Assembly: GCA_964016885.1 (NCBI GenBank)
Contig: OZ024741.1
Coordinates: 71,362,001 to 71,426,000 of the forward strand
Length of the DNA stretch: 64,000 bases
Direction: 5' to 3'
From: Eledone cirrhosa
Lineage: Eukaryota
Shown: one piece after another, positions 21,391 through 33,189 of the stretch
How positions within the stretch are numbered: the stretch's first letter is position 1
Layout: each line of letters begins with the position of its first letter
Notes under the pieces: model-generated
Database searches by the model: none
What the model saw: only the letters and a program-made list of their open reading frames with translations
Told to the model about the DNA's origin: nothing
Translations under genes and position numbers: made by a program

Positions 21391-24300
21391 CATCATCATC
21401 ATCATCATCAACGTTTAACGTCCGTGTTCCACGCTTGCATGGGTTTGGACGGGGGTAGTCCCACTTGAGGCAAGAGTGATTGTCTTGCTCGCATAGGACT
21501 GTCTGGCAGGTTTTCTACAGTTGGATGCCCTTCCTAACACCAACCACATTTACAGTGTGGGTCTGGGAGGTTTTTACCGTGTTGCCTACACGGCCACATT
21601 ACAGCGTGGACTGTGTGTTTTTTTGTCGTGACACCTACACGATCTCATTTGTTTCGGCCTCGATGGCGCGGCACCAACATAACTTTACATAGAACGGGGT
21701 GGTGTGGATCGGGTGGGGGTGGTGGGACGGGGTGTATTTTGTTAGAGATGCCTACTGGCTGGAGTAGGTTTTACTATATATTTAGGTAAGGCGGGTCTTC
21801 TCTGTTACTGAGTACCGCCAAAGGTCTCGGTCCAGTGACATTGTCTTGGAGAGGTGTAAGTGTGTGATGTCGGAGTTTATCAGCTCGTCCCAGGTTTTTC
21901 TAGGTCTGCCTATTCCGTGACTACCGTCTATCTTTATTGCCCTGCACTTTGTTATACAGCTATCGACTTTCATGCGCATCACGTGTCCATACCAACGTAG
22001 CCTTCTCTCGAGTAAACAACATCTGATCCCTCTTATCTCTAATTTATTCCTTAGTTCGTTTATGCTTTGCCGTTCACGTATATTACTGTTACACATCCAG
22101 CGGAGCATGCAAGCTTCGTTCCTCTCTAGTCTGCGTATATCCTCTGCACACAATGCCCAGGTCTCACTGCCATGCAGCATTGCTGTTCGTATGCAGGCAT
22201 CGTACAACCTGCCTTTCATTTTTAGTGAGAACCCTTTAGCAGCTAATAGTGGTATAAGCTCTCTGAACTTTTTCCAACCAGTTCTGACTCTAGCTACAGT
22301 ACTTTCAGAGCACCCTCCCCCACTGCTGATTTTATCGCCCAGGTAACGGAAGCTGTCCACTATTTCTATAGAACCCTCTGCGCAATTGAAAGAGCTAGTA
22401 GTTTGTGGGCACTTGCTGCTACTTATTGCACCAGAGCACCGGCCACATGTAAAATCTATGTTCTTAGTTAGCCTACCTGTGATCCCACTACATCTTTTAT
22501 GCACCCATACTTTGCATTTAGGACATAAAATGGAGTTTTTACCTACGCCTTTCCTACACACCGAGCACGACCATTTCCCAGAAGGGACCGCCGCCTTGTT
22601 TTCTTTCCTACAAACTAGTACTTTGGTCTTAGCCAGGTTAATTTTAAGTCCTTTTGACTCTAGGCCGTGCTTCCATGTTTGGAATTTCTTCTCTAGCTCG
22701 GCCATTGATTCCGCTATGAGTGTCAGGTCGTCTGCGTATAGGAGTTCCCATGGGCAGCCTGTCTTGAACTCCTCTGTTATGGCCTGAAGGGCAATAATAA
22801 ATAGTAGTGGACTGAGAACAGAGCCCTGATGGACGCCGACTTTTACGCTAAACTCTTCACTATATTCGTTGTTAATTCTAACCTTGCTGACTGTTTCTTT
22901 ATACATGGCTTGTATAGCCCTCACAAGCCATTCGTCAACGCCTAGTTTTCTAAGAGCCCACCAGATAATGGAGCGGGGGACTCTGTCGAAGGCTTTCTCC
23001 AAGTCGACAAAAGCTAAGTAGAGGGGTTTACCTTTAGCTAGGTACTTCTCTTGTAGTTGTCGTACTATGAAAAGAGCGTCTGTGGTACTTTTGCCTGACA
23101 CAAACCCGAACTGCATTTCATCTAGGTCAATTCTCTCTCTGATTAGTTGCGCTATTACTCTTTCCGTGACCTTCATGACCTGGTCGATTAATTTAATGCC
23201 TCTATAGTTACTCCTATCTAGGGCGTCTCCTTTACCCTTATAACAGTTAACGATGATGCTGCTATGCCAGTCCTTCGGAACAACCCCGTTCTGTACGACT
23301 TGGTTAACTATGCGGGTGACCATGGTGTGTCCCACCGTGCCAGATGCCTTCAGCATCTCAGCAACTATTTCCGAAGGCCCAGCCGCCTTACCAGTCTTCA
23401 TATCCTTGATTGCCTTACTTATTATACTCCCCTCGACTAACACTGCTGGTCCCTCTATTGGGTCGATATGGGGGAGACTGCCTTTCTCCCAATTATTCTC
23501 CTCATTTAGAAGCCTTTCATAGTGACACTTCCAAGCTACCTTCTTATCAGCGTCGGTGATGGCAAGTGTGCCATCGTCGTTTAGTACACACTTCTCCCCG
23601 ACAATATCACGGTTTTCCTTGACGCATTGCCTAGCAATCCTGAACACCTCACGTTTTTGGTCATCGCGTTGTAGAACATGCTTGAACTTTCTTTCCTCAG
23701 CTTCCCTTCTTGCTAAGTACACTTGTCTCCTAGCTTCCCTCCTGGCCACTTGATAGTCCTCTCTACTTCCCCCATCCCGCCATACTTTCCAAGCCTGCTT
23801 TTTGGCCTTAATTGACCCCTCCACCTTACTGTTCCACCACCATGTTACTCTCCTCCTGCCTACAGGCCTGCTCCAGCCACAGACCTCGTCTGTCGCCAAC
23901 AGCAGGTTTGCTTTCAGAAATTCCCACTCTCCCTCTATATTGTCCGACTCTAAATGTTCTTCCTTACTGTCGAAAGCATCAAGTAATATGCTTTGAAATT
24001 TATTCCTGGCTGTGGGGTCCTTTAGCTTCCATATTTTCCTCCTGAGGATAGTCCTCTTCTGTTGTCGAGTACGTCTCGTCCTGACTATGAGGTCGCTAAT
24101 TATCAGTCTATGTTGGGAGGTGCATTCTTCATGGGGGAGGGATTTAGTGTTAACAACAGACACTCTGTCACGTCTTCTGGTAAGGATATAATCTACCTGG
24201 CTTGTGTGTTCCCCGGATCTATAGGTGATCAGGTGATTGTCACGTTTTTTGAAGTTAGTGTTACAGATAGTTAGGTTATTTGCATCACAGAATTCCAGGA

Positions 24301-24489
24301 TTCTGGAGCCTTCCTCATTTCTAGTACCAAACCCATAGCCTCCATGGATTTCGTCGTAGCCGTCACAATGTTGTCCAACGTGACCATTTAGGTCGCCTGC
24401 GATAATTATATAGTCACTGTCGGATATTTGGGAGGTAGTTAGCATCAGTGTCTCATAGAATCTGTCTTTTATAGTGCCGGGCAGTCCGG
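21390..24489 (-). mobile_element. RTE LINE family A, young copy, 5'-truncated within the APE domain
   Basis: An uninterrupted reading frame runs from about 24489 to the stop at 21782, followed by about 370 bp of 3' UTR and a (GAT)n tail. It is embedded between (TA)n arrays. Confidence 0.95.
21782..24445 (-). CDS. RTE APE-RT polyprotein (partial, 887 aa) with an internal C4HC3 zinc finger
   Basis: APE: GDLNGHVG, SQVDYIL, SQHRL. RT: GKAAGP, NYRGIKL, QFGF, AFVDLEKAFDRV, GVHQGSVLSP, YADD, FRYLG. C-terminus: RRLRWYGHV, GRPRKTW. Confidence 0.93.
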   Translation of the reverse strand: MLTTSQISDSDYIIIAGDLNGHVGQHCDGYDEIHGGYGFGTRNEEGSRILEFCDANNLTICNTNFKKRDNHLITYRSGEHTSQVDYILTRRRDRVSVVNTKSLPHEECTSQHRLIISDLIVRTRRTRQQKRTILRRKIWKLKDPTARNKFQSILLDAFDSKEEHLESDNIEGEWEFLKANLLLATDEVCGWSRPVGRRRVTWWWNSKVEGSIKAKKQAWKVWRDGGSREDYQVARREARRQVYLARREAEERKFKHVLQRDDQKREVFRIARQCVKENRDIVGEKCVLNDDGTLAITDADKKVAWKCHYERLLNEENNWEKGSLPHIDPIEGPAVLVEGSIISKAIKDMKTGKAAGPSEIVAEMLKASGTVGHTMVTRIVNQVVQNGVVPKDWHSSIIVNCYKGKGDALDRSNYRGIKLIDQVMKVTERVIAQLIRERIDLDEMQFGFVSGKSTTDALFIVRQLQEKYLAKGKPLYLAFVDLEKAFDRVPRSIIWWALRKLGVDEWLVRAIQAMYKETVSKVRINNEYSEEFSVKVGVHQGSVLSPLLFIIALQAITEEFKTGCPWELLYADDLTLIAESMAELEKKFQTWKHGLESKGLKINLAKTKVLVCRKENKAAVPSGKWSCSVCRKGVGKNSILCPKCKVWVHKRCSGITGRLTKNIDFTCGRCSGAISSSKCPQTTSSFNCAEGSIEIVDSFRYLGDKISSGGGCSESTVARVRTGWKKFRELIPLLAAKGFSLKMKGRLYDACIRTAMLHGSETWALCAEDIRRLERNEACMLRWMCNSNIRERQSINELRNKLEIRGIRCCLLERRLRWYGHVMRMKVDSCITKCRAIKIDGSHGIGRPRKTWDELINSDITHLHLSKTMSLDRDLWRYSVTEKTRLT

Positions 24490-24910
<421 letters not shown>

Positions 24911-26133
24911 TGGTTGTGCAAACAACAACAGCAATAAAATGCCTCTCTCGTTAATTATTGATGACATTTTTATGAAGTGTATGGGGTGGAATGAGAATAG
25001 AGTTGGGTAAGGTTGCAGAGCAATGTCTGTTCAACCTGTTCTTTCGTAACCATACTTATAATGAATGCTACTGCCTATGATTTTCAAACCATTTTGAAAA
25101 TAATCAAGATTTAGTAATATAACTAAATTTCTTATTATGCAGCTGTTGTTTGGAACATAACTTAACAAAGATTCTTACATAAAATTATGATGGAAAGTTT
25201 TTAGATAAATATAAACATTGAAATAAACAGCTTTGTATTTTAGAATCAGGTGCAGTTTGGTATCTCTTTTGTGATGCTTCCATAAAATAGATGGTCTTAA
25301 GGGTTTCTCTGAAGAAAGCCCCTACTTGAAACATCAAATTTGAGCAAGCTTCAGTATCAGATTAATCTAGTAGCAAGAGTAGCATTTGCTACAGCCCACA
25401 TTACCTATACTTAGTTCTGATTTTTATAGTACTATTACCTTTAGGCTACATTTAACCTTTAACTTTTATGTTACATTTAACCTTTATGTCACATTAAAAA
25501 AAAATCAAGGCCTCTTATTGTATGTACTATAGACCCCACACTAACCTAATTGTGCACTGCTAGTCACCCCTGATATGATCTCTGATCAATGGTTCCCACT
25601 CTGGTGAGGATCAACTTGGAAATCAACTTGTCTAAGTTGGACAACATGAACATCAGTTTCGATGCAGAGGGTTTTGCAGTCTCTGTCTTGGATGTGCGAA
25701 CATCATTCCACTTGGTGCAAGTGACCCCCAAAGGAAGATATTCTTATCTTTGGTTGGCTGATCTTCCTGCCTGCTATCCCTTTGAGCCTCGTGACCAGGT
25801 TTTGCCAGTTCAAAACACTCATAAGCCAAATGAACCTGATCGAAATACATCCTTCCATGCTTCAACATTGCATTTCTCCTCACAAATCTCAATGCCTACT
25901 TCTGGCATTATGCTGAAGATATATGCAACATCCAGTTTGATAAGGTCACCTTACCATATTATAATTATCATCTTATTCATAACATATATATATATATATA
26001 TCTCCAGGACTATTTTGAGATATGGTCAATATTGGGCCTGGAAACCTTAGGTAGCACTTTTGTTCCATATATGAACATAAATATATTATACTAGCTGGCC
26101 TTTTGCCATAAAAAATGACGGTTAATTGTAATA

Positions 26134-26330
26134 TCTATACATAATATAAAAAAAAAATGTTTGTTTGTTTGTTGGTTCCTTTGCGCTCACTCACACAAGT
26201 GAACCGCATAAACACACAGCTGTGACGAATCGTAGAACACTGGACTTCTATAGTTTTTCATCCCCTCCTTCCTCAGTCATCCCACAGATGTGTATGTATG
26301 TAATAGTTATTTTTCTAAGTGTGTCTGTTT
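26134..26330 (+). mobile_element. Helitron-like 5' end fragment
   Basis: a|TCtatacataatataaa followed by (tgtt)n resembles the 5' end of the element at 34220. No 3' end was identified. Confidence 0.4.
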
Positions 26331-26394
26331 ATATATATGTATGTGTAGATTCATGTGTGTTATCTAGATAATATATATATATATATATATCATA

Positions 26395-26622
26395 ATCATC
26401 ATCATCATCGTTTTTATGTCTGCTTTTCCATGTTGGATGGGTCCTTCTCAGCATGGCATCTCTCCACACATCACGATCCTTTGTCATCTCCTCTGTGAGT
26501 CTCAGTGATTTAAGGTCAGCCTTCACAACTTCTGCCCGAGTCTTTCTCAGTTTACCTCTACTACAGCTTCCTTCCACTGGCATTTCCTGGCACTTGTTCA
26601 CCCAATGATCATTGTCCATGCA
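26395..26622 (-). mobile_element. RTE family B 3' fragment
   Basis: DHWVNKCQEMPVEG..KADLKSLRLTEEMTKDRDVWR, plus a (GAT)n tail. Confidence 0.8.
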
Positions 26623-26929
26623 TATCATATATATATATAACTGTGTGTCTATATACATATGTATGGGTATTTTGTATATCTAGCGATATATGGTATGTTT
26701 ATGAATAAACATTTTGAAAGCCTTCAGCTATGAATTCAGAAACTGATGACGTAGCACAATCTAGCAGAAGCAAAGGGTGGGTAACTGTTGACGACGTTGT
26801 TTCTGACTCTGGTTATTATCAAGATAGTGCTCCTGTACCCTGCTCTCTGATGGAACTCAATATAGACGAAAACATTTAGTTTTGACACATATGTACATGG
26901 GCTGATTAGCCTCATTTGCATATAGAGCT

Positions 26930-28200
26930 ATTGGCTGGCTCAACCGGAAAATAGATTTAGTTTTAGCTAAGTTTACTCTCAGCCTTTTTAACTCTGAATT
27001 CTGTTTCCACAGTTGGAATTTAACTAGTTCTTCTATAGTATCAGCTATAGGGACCAGATCATCAGCATACAGAAGTTCCCATGGACAACCAGTTTTAAAC
27101 TTCTCTTATGGCCTGGAAAACTATAATGAACAGAAGTGGGCTGAAGATCAAGCCCTGATGGACACCTACCTGTACTTTAAATTCTTCACTAAACTCATTT
27201 CCTACTCTCACTTTACTGACAGCTCCCAGTGGCATATTGCAGGGGACAAGGCGGCAGCTGCACCCCCCACCCCCACCCCCACCCCAAACATTGTTGTCAG
27301 AAAATTGGGTTTCGTTACTAAATTCTTAAACTTTGAAAATATATTGTATATTTTGCTTGTTTATTTTAATTACACAAAACATAATTAAATCTGTACAATA
27401 CAATGATAAATAAAGATGTCATAATAATGACTGGTAACATCAATATGACCCTTCACTTTATATATTATATACCTGTCATCTTATATAGCGCATTTCTTGG
27501 TTTATACAAATAACGCATAAAAATAATGACATATTCGTATTCTAACTTATCATTCATCATTTTTATATTTTGAAATTGCATTTTAAATAGCGTTGTAAAT
27601 TTGAAGTTTAAAAATAAATTTGTATTTTTTCATATTATCACTATCATATATCATTTTATCATATATCATTTTACGAGATGACAAACCAAAGTACTCTCTC
27701 AAAGGCCTTTTCTCGATCAACAAAAACTAAATATAGTGGCTTATTCTTGGCTAGGAACTTCTCTTGTAGCTGTCTCACTAGAAAGAGGGTATCTGTAGCA
27801 TTTCTCCCGGGCACAAAACAAAACTGGATCTCATTTAACTTTGCTCTTTCCCTAATGCTATGCTAGAACTCTTTCCATCACATTCATAACTTGGTCCATT
27901 AGTTTTATTCCTCTGTAGTTGCACTTTTCTGAAGTATCGCCTTTTCCAAGTATATTGCTTTGCCAGTCATTAGTTATGACACCACCCTGTATTATCTGAT
28001 TGATCATGCCGGTGACTAGTTCAGCTCCTACATCTCCCAATGCTTTTAGCATTTCAGAAACTATCCCTGATAGTCCTGTGTCTTTACCATTCTTCATTTC
28101 TTTGATCACCTCTTTGACCCTATAACTGTCCATTTCAATAGATGGTCCCACTGTTGAGCTGGCTAGGGGTAATCTCGCATCCTCCCATTCTCCACATTCA
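26930..28200 (-). mobile_element. Old RTE RT fragments split by an insertion of about 460 bp
   Basis: 27680-28200 encodes NYRGIKLMDQVM and F.PGR..TD; 26930-27215 encodes VHQG and GCPWELLYADD. The intervening 27227-27678 begins cagtggc and is otherwise AT-rich. Confidence 0.75.
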
Positions 28201-28358
28201 TCATATCTATGTGTATATATGTGTTTGTGTAGAGTTGTGTGTGTGTGAGTGCATGCACACGCGTGTGTGTATCATCATCATCATCATCATTTGACATCTG
28301 CTCTCCTTTTTAGCAATGATTGCGTATGTATGTGTATATTTGTATGTGTGTGTGTGAG

Positions 28359-28395
<37 letters not shown>

Positions 28396-28611
28396 GGAGA
28401 GATATGTATGTCTGTGATATGAAAATTTACCAAATGTTTTAAATGTCAAATTCCCACCAATTCCAATCTGGTCTCTGCAGAGTAAGCAGACATGTCTGTC
28501 ATCATGTAACAGGTTTCTATGGAAACCAACCATTTCTTGATTCTGTTTGTATGTCTACTACTACTGACAGTTTTGTTTTTTGTTTTTGTTTTTTTATTTG
28601 CTTTTTTTTTG

Positions 28612-29395
28612 TATGAGGTTTGTCCCAAAAGTAAGTGTACTGATTTTCCTATGTACAACATAGTAATGCAACACCACGTTGATATATATAGGCATTTTGG
28701 TTATGATCTTGGCTGCCCATACATACTTGTTTCAACATAATTGATTGAGTCAGTTGTGAGTTATTGCTGTGTATGTACAGACGTGTTTATAATATTTATT
28801 ACGTTTGCTCTTCAGGAAAATATCGAACAAATTTTGTGTGAAACTCAATGAATCTGCTACTAAAACATTTAATTCTTTAATACAAGCTTTCTGTATTGAG
28901 AAATAAGGTTTTTAAGTGGCGCAAAGCTTTCAAAGAGGACTTAGAAAATGTTGAAGATGAACCTCATTTTGGGTGGATAATCTCATCAACAAATAAACAA
29001 AATGTGGAAGTGGTGTGAGTGGTGATAGCAAAAGATCGCCGATTAAGTGTTAAGATGATAGCAGAAGGAACAGGCTTGGAAGTTCACAGGATTTTAATAA
29101 ACCATTTATGCACATGTGAAAAATTTGTGCAAAACTAGTGCACAAACACTTGTGTATGGAAGCAAAAAATGAACCAGTTGGAAATTTGTCAGGATTTGCT
29201 TGAAAGACTCGAAATTGAGCCAAATTTTTTGGATATAGTAACAACAGAAGATGAATCATGGGTGTTCATGTATGATCCAGGAACAAAATGGCAAAAGAGG
29301 AATGGTACATGAAAATTCTCCTTGTCTGAAGAAAGCACACATGAGCAGATCCTAGGTGAAAACGATCATTATCATTTTTTTCAACAACCATGGTA
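28612..29395 (+). mobile_element. Mariner (Tc1/mariner) transposon relic
   Basis: TA followed by a TIR-like tgaggtttgtcccaaaagtaagtg. Transposase remnants: FKWRKAFKE..NVEDEPH, KICAKLV, IVTTEDESWVFMYDPGTK. It is truncated at a GTT array. Confidence 0.8.
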
Positions 29396-29770
29396 TTGTT
29401 GTTGTTCTTCTTGATGTTTTTGATGTTGTTAATGTATTCAACAATTATTGCTGTTGTTGTTGCTTGTAACTGTTGTTATTGCATATCTACTATTATAGTT
29501 GTTGGTGGTGTTGCTGTTGTTGTTGTTGCCCTTGTTGCTGATGTTTTTGTTGTTGTATTCCACTATTGTTGCTGTTGTTGTTATTATTGTTGTTGTATGT
29601 CCATTAATATTGTTGTTGTCATTGCTGTTCTTGTTGTTGCTGGTGTTTTTTGTTATTGTTGTAGTTGCTGATGTTTTTGTTATTGTTCTATTCCACTCTT
29701 GTTGTTGTTGGTGCTGGTGGTGTTTTTGTTGTTGTCTCGTACTATTGTTTTTATTGTTATTATTGCTGTC
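29392..29770. repeat. Degenerate (GTT)n microsatellite
   Basis: Imperfect trinucleotide array. Confidence 0.9.
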
Positions 29771-30349
29771 TTTAAATAAGTTTATTTTGTAATTTCAATT
29801 TAATAATTCTTTTTTTGTTTTTTTTTACTTAATCTAGAACAATAAGAAAACCAAACCCAAAAGCAAGCGTTTAACCTTATGTAATAAAGAGATCAGTTAT
29901 TCATGTAATAGAAGATAGCACAGTATGAGGATATTAGGATATGTCTGGTGGTGGTGTTGTGGTGATAATGGTGGTAGTGGTGGTGGTACTAACATATTAG
30001 ACTTATCTGTACTTGTGTCAGCACTGAGCCAGCTCAAACCACTGAATCCACAGCATTGTGAAGAGAAGCTGACCATGCACAGCAATCAAAGATGTCTGAC
30101 ACAGATTATCAAATGTTGCACAGACACAATATGCATGTAAACCAGGTATCATGAAACCAAACAGGATACCAGTGGTGGACAGATATCATATAAATGAAGA
30201 ACACATATCATCAACCCATCATGATTCCAATGGTGGACAGATACCATATACTCAGATACCGGTTGAATGCTTTCACCATTGAGCTAAGGGACCTCTGACA
30301 ACATCCTACCATCTAAATTAAGGAGCTGAATCAAACAATTTTTGCAAAT

Positions 30350-30590
30350 GTAAGCAAACATTGTATGTGAAGCTTAAATTTTCAAACTTACAGAGTTCAA
30401 TTCTTCGTAACGACTGCTGGCAACATTTTCCATCTCTAAGGGTCTTTACCTAATTTTATAAGCTATTTTATAGCAACTGTTTGTAATTGCAGTTATTTTC
30501 TGAGTTTCAGCATCCTACATCTTATAAATTTATTTCCTCAGCGCTCTGTAAGTTTGAAAATTCAAGCTTCACAGACATTGTTTGTTTATA
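30350..30590. repeat. Inverted repeat / MITE-like element (arms about 48 bp)
   Basis: taagcaaacattgtatgtgaagcttaaattttcaaacttacagag pairs with ctctgtaagtttgaaaattcaagcttcacagacattgtttgttta. Confidence 0.65.
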
Positions 30591-30792
30591 TATATAAATA
30601 TATATATATATATCCAAGGAGTGTAACGCGGAGTTACTACCACAGAGGTCCAATGAGCTTTTGATTCCAGAGTTGAGCTAGATCGATACAGATGAAACCT
30701 TGAGCTGATCAGTGGTGGAACGTGTGTCACCAACCAATAAACATAATGAGGAAATAACCATTTGTCCTTGTATTATTATATATACTAGCGGT

Positions 30793-30987
30793 GGGCGGTG
30801 GATTGGCAGTATCGCTAGAGGGTCGAACGCCATGCTTTGACGCATAGAGTTACGGCTCTTGCCATTCTGAGTTCAAATCACGCTGAGGTTAACTTTGCCT
30901 TTCATCCTTACGGGGTCGATAAAATAAAGTACCAGTAATGCACTGGGATAATTGCTGGCCTTGTGCCAAAAGTAGAAACAATTATTA
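30793..30987 (+). mobile_element. Family-A SINE
   Basis: Full A-box, B-box, core and tail. Confidence 0.85.
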
Positions 30988-31385
30988 TATATACTAGCAG
31001 AAAAACCACCCTTCAGGTGGTTTTCTGCTAGTATGTGTAGTGTGTATATTGATATTATACGCAGGTATATATACATGTAGATATGATACGTCAAATAAAA
31101 TCGTAATTGACAATATACACAGAAATTGAACGAAGACTGTGTTACACTGTCTTCTGTAATCAGTAACATAATCCATGACATTAAAAAAAGACGATATTAT
31201 ATATAAACTGCATTAGGAAAAAATTAGTGACAGAAAATCAATGTTTATTTAAGCGATCGCCACCAGAAGTGTTGACATTTGAAAATTTTAAAGAAGTGAA
31301 TCTTTAAATAAATAATAAAATATATTTAATGAACAGCCACGAAATTTAGTAGATAAATTATGTAATATTCATTCATTATTTATTC

Positions 31386-31575
31386 AGGGCGGTGGATTGA
31401 CAGTATCGGTAGAGAGTCGGACGCCATGCTTTCCAGCATAGTTACGTCCCTTTACGGTCTGAGTTCAAATCCCGTTGAGGTTTACTTTGTCTTTCATCCT
31501 TACGGGGTCGATAAAATAAAGTACCAGTAATGCACTGGGTAATTGCTGGCCTTGTGCCTAAAGTAGAAACAATTA
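31386..31575 (+). mobile_element. Family-A SINE
   Basis: Full A-box, B-box, core and tail. Confidence 0.85.
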
Positions 31576-31657
31576 TTTATTCAAAGTAATCCAACTTATT
31601 TTACTAATGGGATAAAAAATTATAAACCGTATGCAGTCCCGTGGTTCTTACTTTATT

Positions 31658-31709
<52 letters not shown>

Positions 31710-31789
31710 AATGGCAGAAATAATGAGGGACAGAGACCGCTAGAGAGAACTCGTCCATGGATCTCGGGAATTTTACCCGCCTTAGATAG

Positions 31790-31820
<31 letters not shown>

Positions 31821-31824
31821 CCAC

Positions 31825-32111
31825 ACCCTCCCACTGCAAAGTGGTCATGGAGGTGCCACGGCAAAAATGCACCCAGCCCACACTGTAAAGTGGACGTATA
31901 GGCGCCACAGAAAAAAGCACCCAGCACTCACTGTAAATGAGGTTGGTGTTAGGAAGAGCATCCAGCTGTAGAAATCAAGCCAGAATCAGTTCCCGTATGA
32001 GCAAGGCATGGTCAGCCGACCGGACACTGCCCACAACAGGACAACCCGTCTAACCCATGCTAGCATGGAAGAACACACGTAAAACGGTGATGATGATGAT
32101 GATGATGATGA
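31825..32111 (+). mobile_element. RTE-tail element
   Basis: Repeated ggtgccac..aaaaagcacccag..cactgtaaa modules, then ggttggtgttaggaagagcatccagc..ctaacccatgctagcatgga and (GAT)n. Similar copies lie at 46320-46675, 46980-47240, 47590-47782 and 60200-60552. Confidence 0.75.
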
Positions 32112-32114
32112 TAT

Positions 32115-32415
32115 ATCTATCTATCTAAGGCGGGTAAAATTCCCGAGATCCATGGACGAGTTCTCTCCAGCGCACTCTGTCCCTCATTATCGCTGCCATG
32201 TTCTGCGTCTCCAACAGACCAGTGTCTGTCCTTAGGGCATCAACATACGTTAACCTTGGTCTTTCTCTTCTAGTGTGTCCATGTAGGGGCTCCCAAAGGA
32301 GATCGGTGTGGAAGTCGGACCTTCGTAGAGACCTGAAAGTCCGCCTCTTCATTGCTGTAGTGGAGTCTGTGCTGCTGTATGGGTCTGAGACTTGGACACT
32401 GACCAAGAAACTCAT
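32115..32415. mobile_element. LINE 3' fragment with an internal inversion
   Basis: Minus strand 32115-32296 encodes LWEPLHG..RPRLTYVD and ends in a (TAGA)n tail. Plus strand 32297-32415 encodes VWKSDL..LKVRLF..VESVLLYGSETWTL. Confidence 0.7.
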
Positions 32416-33189
32416 TCAGATGATGATATATATATAGAGAGAGAGAGAGAGTATGTGTGTGTGTATGTTGCAGTCTGAATATGGAGAAAAGGGGGAAAAA
32501 ACTTTAATCAACTGAAACTATTCTCTCAATTTAATGACCAAAACCTTTGAGAAGCAAGAAAGGGAGAGAATTCCTATAGACAAAATCTTTGGAACAATTT
32601 ATAACTGTGCAATGGCTGTGCACTTTGTCTGAGCCAAGTCAGTGAAGATAAAGTAGACTTGTTTTGGTTTTATTAGATCTCATCAGTGAAATATATTTAC
32701 TTAGAAGTTTGTTAGACTAGAACAACCAAATAGATATAGGAAATGGGGGTGAGGGAATAATGCACTGATAATGTGAGTCAACAAAGATTAGAGGCAAATA
32801 TGTTTGAGGTGTGCACTTTGCATTAAGTGTATAAATAGAGTCACATGCCAATAACTATGGCACACATAATAAAACATGGTCTATCATACACAAAATATTG
32901 TGGATTGGCAGCAGCGATAAAGCGTCAGACCATGCTGTGTGACATAGAGTTACGGCCCCTTGCATTCTGAGTTCAAATCCCACTGAAGTTAGCTTTGCCT
33001 TTCATCCTTAAAGTACCAGTAATGCACTGGGGTCGATTTAATCGACTTTCCCCTCTCCTTCAAATTGCTGGCCTTGTGCCTAAAGTAGAAACTACAGAGC
33101 TAAATCAAAGACATAATCTATTCATCCTCATCATCATCATCATCATTTTACGTCCGCTTTTCCCGGCTTTTTCCTATAAATACATATCT

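Noticed and set aside
25589-26050. 153-aa plus-strand ORF
   Set aside because: No recognisable domain; the region looks like the antisense of a decayed LINE 3' end running into a (TA)n tract.
26742-26772. CTGATGA...GAAG hammerhead-like core (similar weak hits at about 32655-32686 minus, 41410-41452 minus and 52668-52690)
   Set aside because: The GAAA core or stems I/III are missing; not distinguishable from chance.
29390-29792. Hydrophobic Val/Leu/Cys-rich ORFs
   Set aside because: Derived from a (GTT)n microsatellite.
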